Assembly (NCBI GenBank): GCA_951406725.2
Contig: OX597827.1
Location: 75,330,001 to 75,394,000, forward strand
DNA from: Octopus vulgaris
Taxonomy: Eukaryota
Direction: 5' to 3'
DNA: 64,000 bases
Translations under genes and position numbers: made by a program
The notes under the pieces: model-generated
Databases searched by the model: none
What the model saw: the letters and a program-made list of their open reading frames with translations, nothing else
What the model was told of the DNA's origin: nothing
Shown here: in pieces, positions 37,720-50,139 of the stretch
How the letters are laid out: every line of letters begins with the position of its first letter
How positions within the stretch are numbered: position 1 is the stretch's first letter

Positions 37720-40589
37720 CTGCTGCTGTTTCTACTGAGTCAGGTGACTGGCTACCTACAGGTACCTTCATTGGATTGTGTATTTGTTGGTCATGTGGTG
37801 AGTTGGAAGTAATTACTGAAGAAACAAACGCAAGTTTCATCCCTCACCGCCGCCACCACATCTCTGATAACTTCAACTCTTCTCTTCTCACCACACACAC
37901 ACACACACACATGCAAGCTAAAGTTATTATATTTGACATAGTAAGCACAGTACCAATGACTTTCAAACAATTGCCATGTCTGAGTGATAGAATGTTAGAC
38001 AAAATACAGACATCCCCCGCATTACGCATGACACAAAGCTTTTTATTCCATTGTCTTCCGTGTTACATAACTTGGAAGTCAATAAGAAAATAGGGTTTGT
38101 GTTGTAAAAAATTTCTCATTATTTCAGGAACATAACACTTTTGTAATATGGAGGTATCATCATCATCATCATCACCACTTAATGTCCGTTGTCCATGCTG
38201 GCATGGGTTGGATGGTTTAACCAAGGCTGTGCCAGGACCAATCTGATTTCGCATGGATCTCTACGGCTGGATGCCCTTCCTAACACCAACCAGAGAGTGT
38301 AAGAGGTGCTTTTATGTGCCACTGGCACAGGTGCCATTTGCATGATACCAGTGTCTTCCATGACTGCAATTTCACTCAGCTTGATGAGTCTTCTTCTCAA
38401 GCTTCACATAATGCCAAAGGTCTCAGTCATTGCCTCTGTGACGCCCAACACTTGAAAGGAATGTCTGTACCTTCTAATATTTAGTTGTGTCTCTATTTTC
38501 TGAGTTCAAATCTTATTGTGGTTCACTTCACACTTCCTGGGATCAATAAAATTTGTGCCAGTGAAGTAATGGGGTTTGATTAAGTGGACTATAAAAGAAA
38601 TATATATATTTATATGAGGCGGGGAACAAGAGTGGTAGTTGGGTAGAAAGAAGGGACAGACTTCTACACAATTTCCATCTTCTAAATTCTTGACGTATTG
38701 GCCAACCTAGCAGTGTGGCAGAAACACACGCCCATGGTGCCGTGCAGTGAGATCAATCATGAAATCATGTGGCAGCAAATGCCAATTTGTTGAGCACAAG
38801 AGCTATACCTATGTCCATAGAACAAAACTACTGGTTTGCACTGTAGGTATGTGTGAAAGAGAGAGAGAGAGAGATCATGATAAGATATGAAGATTGTGAA
38901 ACCTAGCATTTGGAGTGGCCTTGAAGGTTTTAACATGCATGCTCATACACTCACACACACGTCCTACATTTTTCTTCTCTGTTTGAGTATCTATTGATCT
39001 GTCTGTTGATTTGTCTAATGGCCTGTCTGCTTCTAGTTCCCTACATATTCTAAATAGCTAAACTCTGTCCTACTCATTGCACCTACAGAAACGAGATGGT
39101 AATGGTGATGGTGGTGGCTGTTGTCTAGTCCCAGATCAATTTCAGCCAACCTAGCTAAAGATCAGAGGCATTCCAGCCTCAAGCAGGGAACCCAACACTG
39201 CACCATGTAACATGTTCTTTTCCGGAGAAGAAAAGTGTGATTTGAAGGAGTTTGGGCTGTTGTTTTTAGCACGTCGTGTGACCACATAGCGGTCTCACTC
39301 TGTAGCTTTTGGTAGCAGCAGCTGTCTGGTGGTGGAAAGCTTAAGTGAGAGAGGGGACCCATGTTGACCAACAAGCAGTTGCCACAATCAGACAGACATA
39401 CATTAAAAATGAGAGGAAGGGAGAGAGAGAGAGAGAGAGAGAGAGATGATTCTATGTCATCACCATCAGTGTTGTAGGGAGGTGACGCTATGAATTGGTG
39501 AATCAGGGTGAAATGTGGGTAGATTACTAAAGAGGACAACTGCTAAAAATTATACCATTTGTCCCTTGTTGTTGTTATTGTTACTTGGGGGTAGGCTGGA
39601 AGTAGGTTTATTTTATTAGTATTGTAATGGGATTATATAAAAATTGTGTGTGTGTGTGTGTGGTTGGGTTTGAAATATGGGTGGTTTCAGGGTGGACACT
39701 TTGACTTTAAATAGAGTGACTCATTCTGTATGACTTTATTTTCTCCTCTCTTTCTTAACTTGTGATATATTATTTAAATGATGGTGGTGATGGCGATGTT
39801 AACTTGTGGTTGATTAATTTAAATAACTGGAGACTGTCGATGATGGTTTCTGACCCCTCTACCCATCCCTTCCTCGCTCTTTCTCTCTCTCTCTCTCTCT
39901 CTCTAATTAATACTATGGTGGTGGTGGTGGTGGTGGTGAGTACAAACTGATAGGAAGAAATTTAGTTTGTCAACAATAATGGTGTGTGTGTGTCTGTGTG
40001 TGTATGCATGGCAGGGAATGCATGCATCAGTGTCTGAATGTGTGTGTGTGTGTGTGTTCATCCATTCCCTGCATCTTTCTTTTATCTCTCTCCTCCCTTC
40101 TCTCTCCTTCCTTCCCTCCTTCTGTCCATCTTGTCCCACAACCCAGAGGTTGGAACCTGGTAAAAGAACAAAACACCTTCCTCCTCTCCCCCCACCCTGC
40201 GCGGGGGGGGGGGGCAGGCTCCTTCTTTCGCTATGACATTATCACAGTTTAAGAGAGGAATAAGTTGTGATGGAGGTGTGAGGAAGGGGAGATGTTATTT
40301 GCGGCTGAGAGGAAGGAAATAAATAAAACTACACAATTACCAATTTGGAGGGAAGTAAAACTACTGGAGTTTGTGGCATCTGAGAGTGATGGTTGGTGGA
40401 CTTGGCTATTGTGGTGGTGGTGGTAGTAAGAGCACTGCTGGTCTTCACTAAGGGAGGTGGTTGTGGGTTTGGTATGGCATTAGTGGTGATGCTCTTGGTT
40501 ATGTTAATTATGGTGGTGGTGGTGGTGGTGGTGCAGTAAGTGGTATTGGAAGTTGATTTGTTTTTAAATATTTATTTGTATGCAGTAGT

Positions 40590-40629
<40 letters not shown>

Positions 40630-42139
40630 ATCTTCCTTTATATTTCTCTCTCTCTTTCTCTCCCTTTCTCTCTCTCACACACACACACACTCATGCAAGA
40701 CAAATGAAGCAAGACACACCCACACACCCACACAGTTGATGGCATATTAAATAAAAGTCAACTTGTTTAAGCCTGAAGATGATTCTCCAGGGACAGCAGC
40801 TGACACGGTTTGTCTGGCCATGGGCACGCGCCAGAGTCAGGTACTTCTAAGGTGATAGTTGCGCATTTTCTCTCTCTGTTGCCCTCCACCAGCCAGAGCC
40901 CTTCATGCACACACACACACAAACTGTTGTATGTACTCGCAAATGTTCTCCTTGTGGAAAACTAAATTCTCTAGTTAAATGTTTGTTGAAGACTAGAATT
41001 TGGTTGGGGGTGCTTTCAGCGAGTGGTCAGTTGGACGGAGGAGGGATTGTTGCAGAGAGAGGAAACCATTTAAAATAGCAACAACTTCACTGTAAAGAAG
41101 GTGTGTTTTTTGTATGTATATATATGTGTATGTATTTGTATGTATATACGTATATAAATGTGAAGAACAAATTCAGGGAACTCAAAAAATTGTGCAACCA
41201 ATATCCACTGTGAAGTATGTGAACAAAAGGAAGTGTTACCAAGAAAATAAGACAAGGAATATTATTGGTATCTTTATGACAAACACTGCTAAAGAAGAAA
41301 ATTATAGGGTAATCGTTAGTGAAAAAGGCACCTGTGAACATTTTAGAGACAGCAAAATACAAGCAAATCTAGGTTATTTGGTTAAAAACACTGGACTGGG
41401 TATTTTAGTGACTCACCCATACTGCAAAATACAAGTGATTTTAGATTACTGCAACTCGTTAGAGATAGCAACCAAATCCCTATCAAATTTCACTCAAGCT
41501 ACACAGCAACGACTGCACATCCTTTTAGCCCTACACTGCAAAATACAACATTTTGAAGCATTGGATGTTTTATTGATGCCACACTGTAGGCTGTATTACA
41601 AGGATCACTCGAAGAAAAAGTTATAAGGAGCCTATTATTAAGAGTTACATCAGCAGGAAGGAAACAGAGGACCACCCCCACTTGAGGTAGGACTGACTGC
41701 ATAGTAGAGAATACTAGTTGGAAAAAGAGCTGACTTCTTCCTTCGTCACAAAACACTCAAAGGAAAAGGAGGACGACAGAGATTTTGACAGTTGGTTTAT
41801 TGTGCCTGAAATTATTTACAGATGTGCTGAGAGCCTCGTGGCTGAGGACCGGAAAGGAAAGAGTTGTGCATTCCAGGAATGTGAAGGAAGAGGGGAAAAT
41901 TTATTATTGTTAAGTTTTCATAAACACACACACCCACAAACAAACACGCAAACACTTTGCTAAGAACTGTAAATGTAGAAAATTTCATTTCCATTTATTT
42001 TTACTTCATCAATTGACCGAATATCTCATAAGAACCTCCTTTATTCTTCCGCTGTTTTGCCCCATTCTACTCACGTATACAGTCTTAACAAAAATGTAAA
42101 CGTCGCCTGTAGTTTCAACAACTCTTCTACAACAAGGGA

Positions 42140-42358
42140 ACTTCTACATGGTCATTCAACCTGCTACAAATAGCAGCCAAATCTCCCTCAGACTGCATCC
42201 TACCATCTAAAACAAAACAAAACAAAACAAGAAGGAAGGTCACATTGGACAGTATAGTCCTAAATACATTTGTGCTTGAAGAAAAGAAGGGATGGTCACA
42301 GCTGATCATAGGTTTCTTCACAGCTGACTGGGGGCTAAACAACAATAAGAGCAACAAC
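42140..42358 (+). mobile_element. Old interspersed repeat family F with (AAC)n tail
   Basis: AAATAGCAGCCAAATCTCCCTCA...GCTGACTGGGGGCTAAACAAC. Degenerate copies at about 4120-4270, 13030-13240, 13315-13505, 26150-26300, 36750-37255, 39120-39280, 46700-46800, 49295-49490 and 53445-53610. Confidence 0.7.
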
Positions 42359-42624
42359 ACAGGTGCCAAACCTCATAGGTGTACAGAAATCTCTCGTTGA
42401 CCAAATTAACAATGGCTTCAAGAAAGGTATTTTTTAAGGTTCATTAAACATTGTTTTGTTTCAGTATTTTATATTATTATGTTCTGTTGCTAAATTTCTA
42501 TGTTGTTGTTGTTCATGTTTTGTATATTTGTTCACATTTGTTTTGCTTTTACTCAAGGTGTTGTCAGTATCTGCACTTATCATAGAACGAACTTTCTTCA
42601 GTCTTATCTTTGTTGTATCCACAC

Positions 42625-42663
<39 letters not shown>

Positions 42664-43057
42664 TATATATGTACATACACAGACACAGACACCCACTTTT
42701 TCAGCCGGTTGCACAGAAGTGTGAAACTGAACTGAATATCTCTGCAACAGATTCTCAACTGTTCACAAATAATGTTTACTACTACATGTATTGCGTATTC
42801 TTTCTCTCGTTTAAATTCATAAAATTGCTCATGCACACTTACCTGGGTGGATCATTGTCACTCCATGCACCAGACAAATAAGACCCATCTAACTCCTTCT
42901 GTCTAGAGTGACCATCACACACACACACACTGACACACACACATAATCTTTTTATAAAGTTAAAAGGTAGTTAAAGAATTTCATACAAGTCCACTACAGA
43001 CATTCCCTTGTCCAGCCAAATGATCCTATCCTGCTAACAGGTGTTGTTGTTGTTATA

Positions 43058-43092
<35 letters not shown>

Positions 43093-43836
43093 GAAATAAA
43101 CAGAAGAGTACCAGGATATGAACTTAAAGCATCTATGCAGATGTGTCTCTGTTTATATACATTACTGTCATCATCATCATCATCATCATCTTTTTACAAC
43201 TGTTTTTAAATACCGATAGGAGCTGGACAGATCTCTCCACATCTCACCACTCATCACCCTCTTTCATCGTCTGGTACACACATTGAACTGAGAAAACATT
43301 TTACATATCTGCATCCGACACTCCTCATTCGTGTGTTCTCATTTCACAATCATTTATGCCAACTTTCTTGCATGTAATTTCCGAGCAAAATGCTATTGAA
43401 TGTGAAAACAGATTGTATATACCTGCAAAGCCTATAGAGTTGAAATCTTAATGCAGATAGCTGCCTGTACGTACATATACATACATACATTCAGACACTA
43501 ACATACACACAATGCCTTGGCTGTTTTGCTCGGCCAGCTGTCCCATAGGAAAGGGGAACATTTCTACCATCATTACCACAGAAGGCTAATAAAACATAAG
43601 GAAGGGGTCAGGGTAAGAATAGAGCTACTTAATGGTACACATGGTTCCTGTCAACACTTAACATCAGCTGTGTGTATGTGTGAGAGAGAGAGGAGGAGGG
43701 AGAAAGAAAGAATGAATGAGGGAGGAGAGTACATTTACTTAAATTCATCTGAATATTTACTTCCAAATACAGATGTGTGTATGTAATTTATTTTTGTTAC
43801 ATTTTTCAATAGACTCTCACACACACATGATGACAT

Positions 43837-43868
<32 letters not shown>

Positions 43869-44446
43869 CCAACATGCCTTGCCTTGAGCCCTCAGTTCCT
43901 TGATGGAGTTGTAGGGACACCATTGGGACATAGAGTATGTCTTGGGTATTTTGTAGATTTGGTGGAGCTCATCCCTCTCCAGATCTGACCACACCCAATT
44001 TGTTCCAGAAGAAAGGAAGTCAGATAGAAAGAAAGAGTGAATGAAAGAGAATGATTGACCCCAATACAGGACTGTTATTTATCAATCCCAAGAGGACAAA
44101 AGTCAAACTGACCTCAGTGGTATTTGATTGTCAAAGCATAGTGAACTGGAGTGATTACTGCAAGGCAATCCATCTGATGCACTAAAGACCCTGTAAACCA
44201 TCCACTTTATATATCCAATTATCTATGGCAGTATTCATAAGCACTCGTAAACATAAGATAAGGGCATTGTTTTTAGGCTAACAAATGTTGCACGGGACTC
44301 TTCATATTTATAGACTTGCTTTGATTATTTTAAACAAATATTTCAGATAAGATTTCTCTAAAAGTGAGATTAATAGTTGTTACTCAATAAAATAAAAGCA
44401 TCCATGACAGTTTATATTCCAGAAGAGACTTCAGATTTGCCATATA

Positions 44447-44862
44447 ACTCTCTTTTTTTACTCTTTTACTTGTTTCAGTCATTTGACTGCGGCCATGCTG
44501 GAGCACCGCCTTTAGTCAAGCAAATCGACCCCGGGACTTATTCTTTTGTAAGCCCAGTACTTATTCTATCGGTCTCTTTTGCCGAACCGCTAAGTGACGG
44601 GGACGTAAACACACCAGCATCGGTTGTCAAGCAATGCTAGGGGACAAACACAGACACACAATCACACACACACACACACACACATATATACATATATACG
44701 ACAGGCTTTTTTCAGTTTCCATCTACCAAATCCACTCACAAGGCATTGGGCGGCCCGGGGCTATAGCAGAAGACACTTGCCCAAGATGCCACACAGTGGG
44801 ACCGAACCCATAACCATGTGGTTGGTTAGCAAGCTACTTACCACACAGCCACTCCTGCACCT
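44447..44862 (-). mobile_element. SINE family A, full length
   Basis: Reverse complement of 35342-35743 at high identity. Confidence 0.9.
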
Positions 44863-45001
44863 ATAAGAAGATATCTAACTCACTTTATTTACAACTTTAT
44901 TCCTTATCAAGAAATATTATTGATGAACTAAATATTCTGTTATTTGATTTTACTATTGACAGTTGATGATGTTATTATATATATTTCCTCTTCTTCTGCA
45001 G

Positions 45002-45430
45002 TTGACAGATGGCATGCAAAACATGGACATAAATGACCAAAACTTTCCACCACCTCCTCCTGAACTGCTCCAGCAACAGTTTCTCTACGGTACATTACCA
45101 AACACTGCTCAACAACCACTCTTTGGCCAAATGGCGCATTCCAAAGGACAGGGTCATCTCTCCTATCGACCTGGGGCTGGCCAGTTCTATAGCAAGCCCA
45201 CTCAAAGAGCTAACTTCTTTAACATCCCTGCTTCAGAGACTCCAATTGTTGTCGAAAAGCGAGCAAAGGGGCAGGCTGCACCTTTGCCTCCTACTACTTT
45301 CAAGTTGGAAGCTGTGGATGACGCAAATGCTGCACCACCTCCAGCACCAATATCCAGCCAAGCACAAAAGCCATCCCTGGAAGTAATGGATCAAAAAGTG
45401 CTGAAATCTGTTGATGACCATGCCATCCAG
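45002..45430 (+). CDS. Coding exon 7, Pro/Gln-rich linker and start of module 2 (LTDGMQNM...FPPPPP...VDDHAIQ)
   Basis: Acceptor cttcttctgcag, donor CAG|gtaagt. 429 nt, phase 0 to 0. The C-terminal part is homologous to exon 1. Confidence 0.85.
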
Positions 45431-45576
45431 GTAAGTCATTTCTAAATCCTCCTTTCTTGCTTCTGTCTAAAATGATCATGTCATCCGAGTAGTTGCCATT
45501 TAGTTCCTTCTCTGAGATGGCTTGCCATCCAAATGGGTCACAACTAGTCTATTCCATCTGCAGCTCACCTATTCCA

Positions 45577-45808
45577 AGGCGGCGAGCTGGCAGAAACATT
45601 AGCACGCCGGGCGAAATGCGTAGCCGTATTTCGTCTGCCGTTACGTTCTGAGTTCAAATTCCACCGAGGTCGACTTTGCCTTTCATCCTTTCGGGGTCGA
45701 TAAATTAAGTACCAGTTACGCACTGGGGTCGATGTAATCGACTTAATCCCTTTGTCTGTCCTTGTTTGTCCTCTCTGTGTTTAGCCCCTTGTGGGTAGTA
45801 AAGAAATA
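45577..45808 (+). mobile_element. SINE family B, full length with TSD
   Basis: GGCGGCGAGCTGGCAGAA head, B box GAGTTCAAATTC, central GCCTTTCATCCTTTCGGGGTCGATAAATTAAGTACCAG. TSD TATTCCA at 45570-45576 and 45809-45815. Confidence 0.9.
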
Positions 45809-47054
45809 TATTCCATCTGCAGCAACCATGCTCCATCTAGGGAAGACAGATAAGACCCATCTAATTCATTTTTATCCGAGTCAACTCTGCCCTGTCTGAA
45901 TAAAATTCATCTCATCCCCTTTTATCTGAGTTAACTATGGTCCATCAAGGAAAAAAACCCTTCTAACTCTCTTCTCTCTGCAGGTGACCTTGTAATCAGC
46001 CAAACCCCAGCTTGACTCCCTTCAGACTGTAGTTATTATGTTCACTGCTATATATCTATATTATTGGTTTATTGTAATGTTCATTTCTTTATATCTCTCA
46101 GATATTGATGCAGGGCATTGAAGGTTTGTGCATACATCGTTCTGAGCTGTGGACAGTGGAGTCCTGGATTTAATGCTTACCCAGACTTCTCCATTGCGGA
46201 TTATGCACATAACTGCCACCTATTGCTCTGCTTCATTCCCTCTGTTATTCCTTCAAGTTCAGAGACCTTGGTTAAATTAGATAACAATCTAGAATGATGT
46301 AGTTAATATCAGCTGGTGAAATTGACAGACTGCAGGGATAACAGAAGACTTCTTAACAACAACACATTTCAGATGACTTAGAGATAAGAGAAATAATGGC
46401 AGACATCGATCTAATGAGACTGAGTTAATCATCATCATCATCATCATCAGCATGGGTTGGACGGTTCGACCGGGGATCTGGGAAGCCAGAAGGCTGCACC
46501 AGGCTCCAGTCTGATCTGGCAGTGTTTCTACAGCTGGATGCCCTTCCTAATGCCAACCACTCCGAGAGTATAGATAATGTAGAAAAGAATAAGCTTGACC
46601 AACTGAGATGTTTTTAAACTTCTTCAGATCACAGTGACTGTAAACAAAGAGACAAAGAGCCTTATTATAACTGGATTAAATGTGATGGGAAAGTATCAGC
46701 ATGCTGGAAATAACAGCCAAATTCCATCAAATCACATCATATCACCTTAGAAAACGAAGGACACATTGGTCATAGATTTGACATGGGGTTAACAACAGCA
46801 GCAGTGTTTTATTTCAAGCCTTCAATGTAATATTGTTTGGATAAAAACCATGCCAGAACTAACCTCACCTGTGTTGGTGCCTCGTAAAAAACACTGCGTC
46901 CACTCTGCAGGGTGGTTGATGTTAGGAAGGGCATCTGGCAGTAAAAACCATGCCAAAAGAGCCACAGAAATCTGGTGCAGTCTTCTGCCTGGCCAGCTCT
47001 TGTCAAACCATCCAACCCATGCCAGCATGGAAAGCAGACATTAAATGATAAAAT

Positions 47055-47527
47055 AATAATGAAATTATTGTATACAGTGCTCAAGTGCACCACAACTTGT
47101 CAGAAAGTGCATATAAAGTACATGCAGTAATGTAGAAATGTCTGAGTCAGATACATGCTTGTGTGTGTATGGAGGGGAGAAAATCAAGTGTAGTGTTGGC
47201 GAATCTCAGGAAGCATGGAAGTTTTGAAGGATGCAGTGCTCCGACAACTAACAACTGATGCCGGCAGTTTGTTCCATGCTTCAGCAACTCTCAGCGTGAA
47301 AAAATGTTTCCTGAAGTCATGGGAGCTGTGCTGTTTTCTGACTTTGTAAATATGTCCACGGGTGTTAGATGGGTGGAGTTTGAAAAGGTGCTCAGAGTTA
47401 TTGTTTGTACGATGGTTGATATTTTTATGGGTGTCTGCCAAGTCAGCTGCCAGACGTCGGAGTTTCAATGTGTCCATGCCCAGGGAAGTAAGGCGTTCAG
47501 GATATGGCAAATGCCTGATGGAGGGTA
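47055..47527 (-). mobile_element. CR1-group LINE, 5'-truncated 3' end
   Basis: YPERLTSLGMDTLKLRRLAADL...TRGHIYKV...RKHFFTLRVAEAWNKLPASVV...FK is a classic CR1 ORF2 C-terminus, followed by a short 3' UTR. Confidence 0.85.
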
Positions 47528-48101
47528 TGATGATGACAACGATGACAACTTTATGTTGGTAAGGAGAGATGATGACAGTGAAGATGCCCACCAGCATCTT
47601 AATGAGGTAACTTAATGAGTTTGTGATGGTTGTCAAACAACTTGTTATCAATATGCAATTACGATCAAACACAACAAAAAGGGTAAACTCAAGAGAGTTG
47701 AATTAGTTTAGTTCCTGCTGCAGGGGCAGAAGGATCTGATGTTGTCTGTAAGCATTTTAGATTTGTTACATATTTCTCTCTTCTCACCAACTGAACTTCT
47801 TGTTGTATGGACTCCTGTGGTTACTGACATGGACCGGCGAGGTTGTTTTTTTTTTGTTTTTTTTGCACAATAAAAATTGAATGCTAACCAATTCTTGAAA
47901 ATTTATGTTGTGATGGTTAACCCTAAAAACCCTTTTTCTGACATTGTCCAACATTGGTAGGTTGTCTCTTCAGATTACTTCACTCAGACACAAGGCAAAG
48001 ATAGATGTAAATTCTGAAGCCAAAGTCTCCTCCTATATTACTGTTTGCCACAGTTTCAATTGTTTTTACTCTTTGTATATATAGCAGTTGTAGTTGTTGT
48101 C

Positions 48102-48470
48102 AGTGGAGGCGCAATGGCCCAGTGGTTAGGGCAGCAGACTCGCGGTTTCGATTCCCAGACCGGGCGTTGTGAGTGTTTATTGAGCTAAAACACCTAAAGC
48201 TCCACGAGGCTCCGGCAGGGATGGTGGTGATCCCTGCTGTACTCTTTCACTACAACTTTCTCTCACTCTTACTTCCTGTTTCTGTTGTACCTGTATTTCA
48301 AAGGGCCGGCCTTGTCACTCTCTGTGTCACGCTGAATATCCCCGAGAACTACGTTAAGGGTACACGTGTCTGTGGAGTGCTCAGCCACTTACATGTTAAT
48401 TTCACGAGCAGGCTGTTCCGTTGATCGGATCAACCGGAACCCTCATCGTCGTAACCAACGGAGTGCTTCC
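48102..48470 (+). mobile_element. tRNA-derived SINE sharing its 3' half with family D
   Basis: A box TGGCCCAGTGGTTAGG, B box GGTTTCGATTCC. 48295-48465 is homologous to the reverse complement of 30005-30175. Confidence 0.8.
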
Positions 48471-48904
48471 ATCCCAGTTGTTGTCATGATCAGTATTGAC
48501 CATAATGTAACAATTTCACTAAAAAATCTGTTACAACCGCTGCCCCCCCCCCTTCCTAGGTAGGTTTCTCTTCTTTTCTCTGTGTCTGACTCTTTTCCTC
48601 TTTTTATCTATTTCTTCCTTTGGTGTTTTCTTTATTTCTCTCTTTTTAACTTTCTCTTTACTGATTGCTCTGTCTCTCTGTCTCTGTCTCTCTCTCTATC
48701 TTTACTTACCCATTCCTATTTGTTTGCTTCTCTCTCTCTCTCTCTCTCTCGTTTTCTATTTTCAATTATTCTGCATCTCCTCTCCCACCTCCCACGCACA
48801 CTTCCTATAGAGTTTCATGCAAACAGTTCCATGCCACCCACTACCACCTGGCAGGATTGAGCCATTTAATGCCATGCTAACGTGTCGCTTTGCTTCCAAA
48901 ACAG

Positions 48905-48993
48905 GTGTCCAAGAGCACCCACGACAGCTTCAAAGACCTTGTCTGGGATATGATATTCAGCAAGAACATTACCAATGAGTTAGAAAAAGTCAG
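48905..48993 (+). CDS. Coding exon 8 (VSKSTHDSFKDLVWDMIFSKNITNELEKVR)
   Basis: Acceptor ccaaaacag, donor AG|gtaagt. 89 nt, identical length and phase to exon 2. Not in the ORF track. Confidence 0.87.
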
Positions 48994-49182
48994 GTAAGTC
49001 AGACCCTTTTCTGTCCCTAAACTTGCCTCCCTATATTGCAACTTCAAATCTTTATACATTGATCTAGACTACAGAGTCTGTTGACCAACACACACACACC
49101 CACCTACACTGCCAAACTGCCTTTTCAGTCATTAAGCAGTTTTAGTACTCCTGGCATACAGATCCCTCTCTCACACCAACTC

Positions 49183-49216
<34 letters not shown>

Positions 49217-49661
49217 CTGCTTTCCCATTGTGCATATCTGATGATCTGCTTCGTCCCCTCTGTTATTCCTTCGTGTTCAAGCCAGTGATTGTTCTTGTCT
49301 AGCCTCAAATCAATCTTGATTCAACAAACATATAATCAAAGGTATATCAGGTGTGACCGCTCTGTACTTCTCTCAGGCATTGTGTATTGAGGAGTACATT
49401 ATCCAATGTGTCCATCCCTTTCCAAGATGGTTCGGTGGTATAAGTGATATTTGGCTGTTATTTCTAACAAGCCAAGTAACTGTATGGAAGTTCACTGGTC
49501 AGCTCATATAGCGAGATGGTTGGGCCTAGACATTCTGTTTATACCCTTGCTGGCCATTGAATGGAGCAACTTAGTCACTCCTGCAATTTCTACATTGACA
49601 CCACACTTCTACGTCAGTAATTCCACATTGCTTCACTACTAACAGTGTTGTTTCTCAACAG

Positions 49662-49802
49662 AATCGTGTTCCGTTGGTTGGCCTCCAAAGACCTGAGTGC
49701 ATTCACCTTTCAACATGTTGAACCAAACAGTCCTGAGGAGATCCTTATGGGCCTGAAGACAGGCAGGACCACATATGCTATGGTCTTTGATATCCTCTGC
49801 AG
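49662..49802 (+). CDS. Coding exon 9 (IVFRWLASKD...GRTTYAMVFDILCR), TG-like domain 2
   Basis: Acceptor tttctcaacag, donor AG|gtaact. 141 nt, phase 2 to 2. Paralogous to exon 3. Not in the ORF track. Confidence 0.88.
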
Positions 49803-50139
49803 GTAACTACTATGTTGTATATTTTTTATATCATCTCTCTCCATATATCTATCGTTATGACAAAAATGAATGGAAATGGCTTTTCTGATAATATCTAATT
49901 ATTAAGGTGGAAAAATTATCAGAAAAACCATTTCTATTTATTTTTTGCAAAGATATAATACTGTCTCAAGGACTTCTTACTTCTTTTTCTACTATAATTA
50001 TTACATCATCTCTTACCCTCTCTGTCTTTTTCTCTCCATAACCTCTCTCTTTCCCTCTCTCCATCATCTCTTTTTCAGAATGTCTTCCCACCATGTATTT
50101 CTCTCTATTATCTCCGTATCTCTCTATCTACTCCAACAG

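Noticed and set aside
41114-41626. 170-aa ORF in intron 6
   Set aside because: It starts in a microsatellite, has no recognisable domain, and has no clear splice sites joining it to the gene.
45984-45995. Strong-looking acceptor (ctaac...ctctgcag) followed by GTG ACC TTG TAA as a poison or terminal exon
   Set aside because: The sequence belongs to a local degenerate repeat (acccatctaactccttct..., also at about 42880 and 45855), so the signal may be incidental. No other support.
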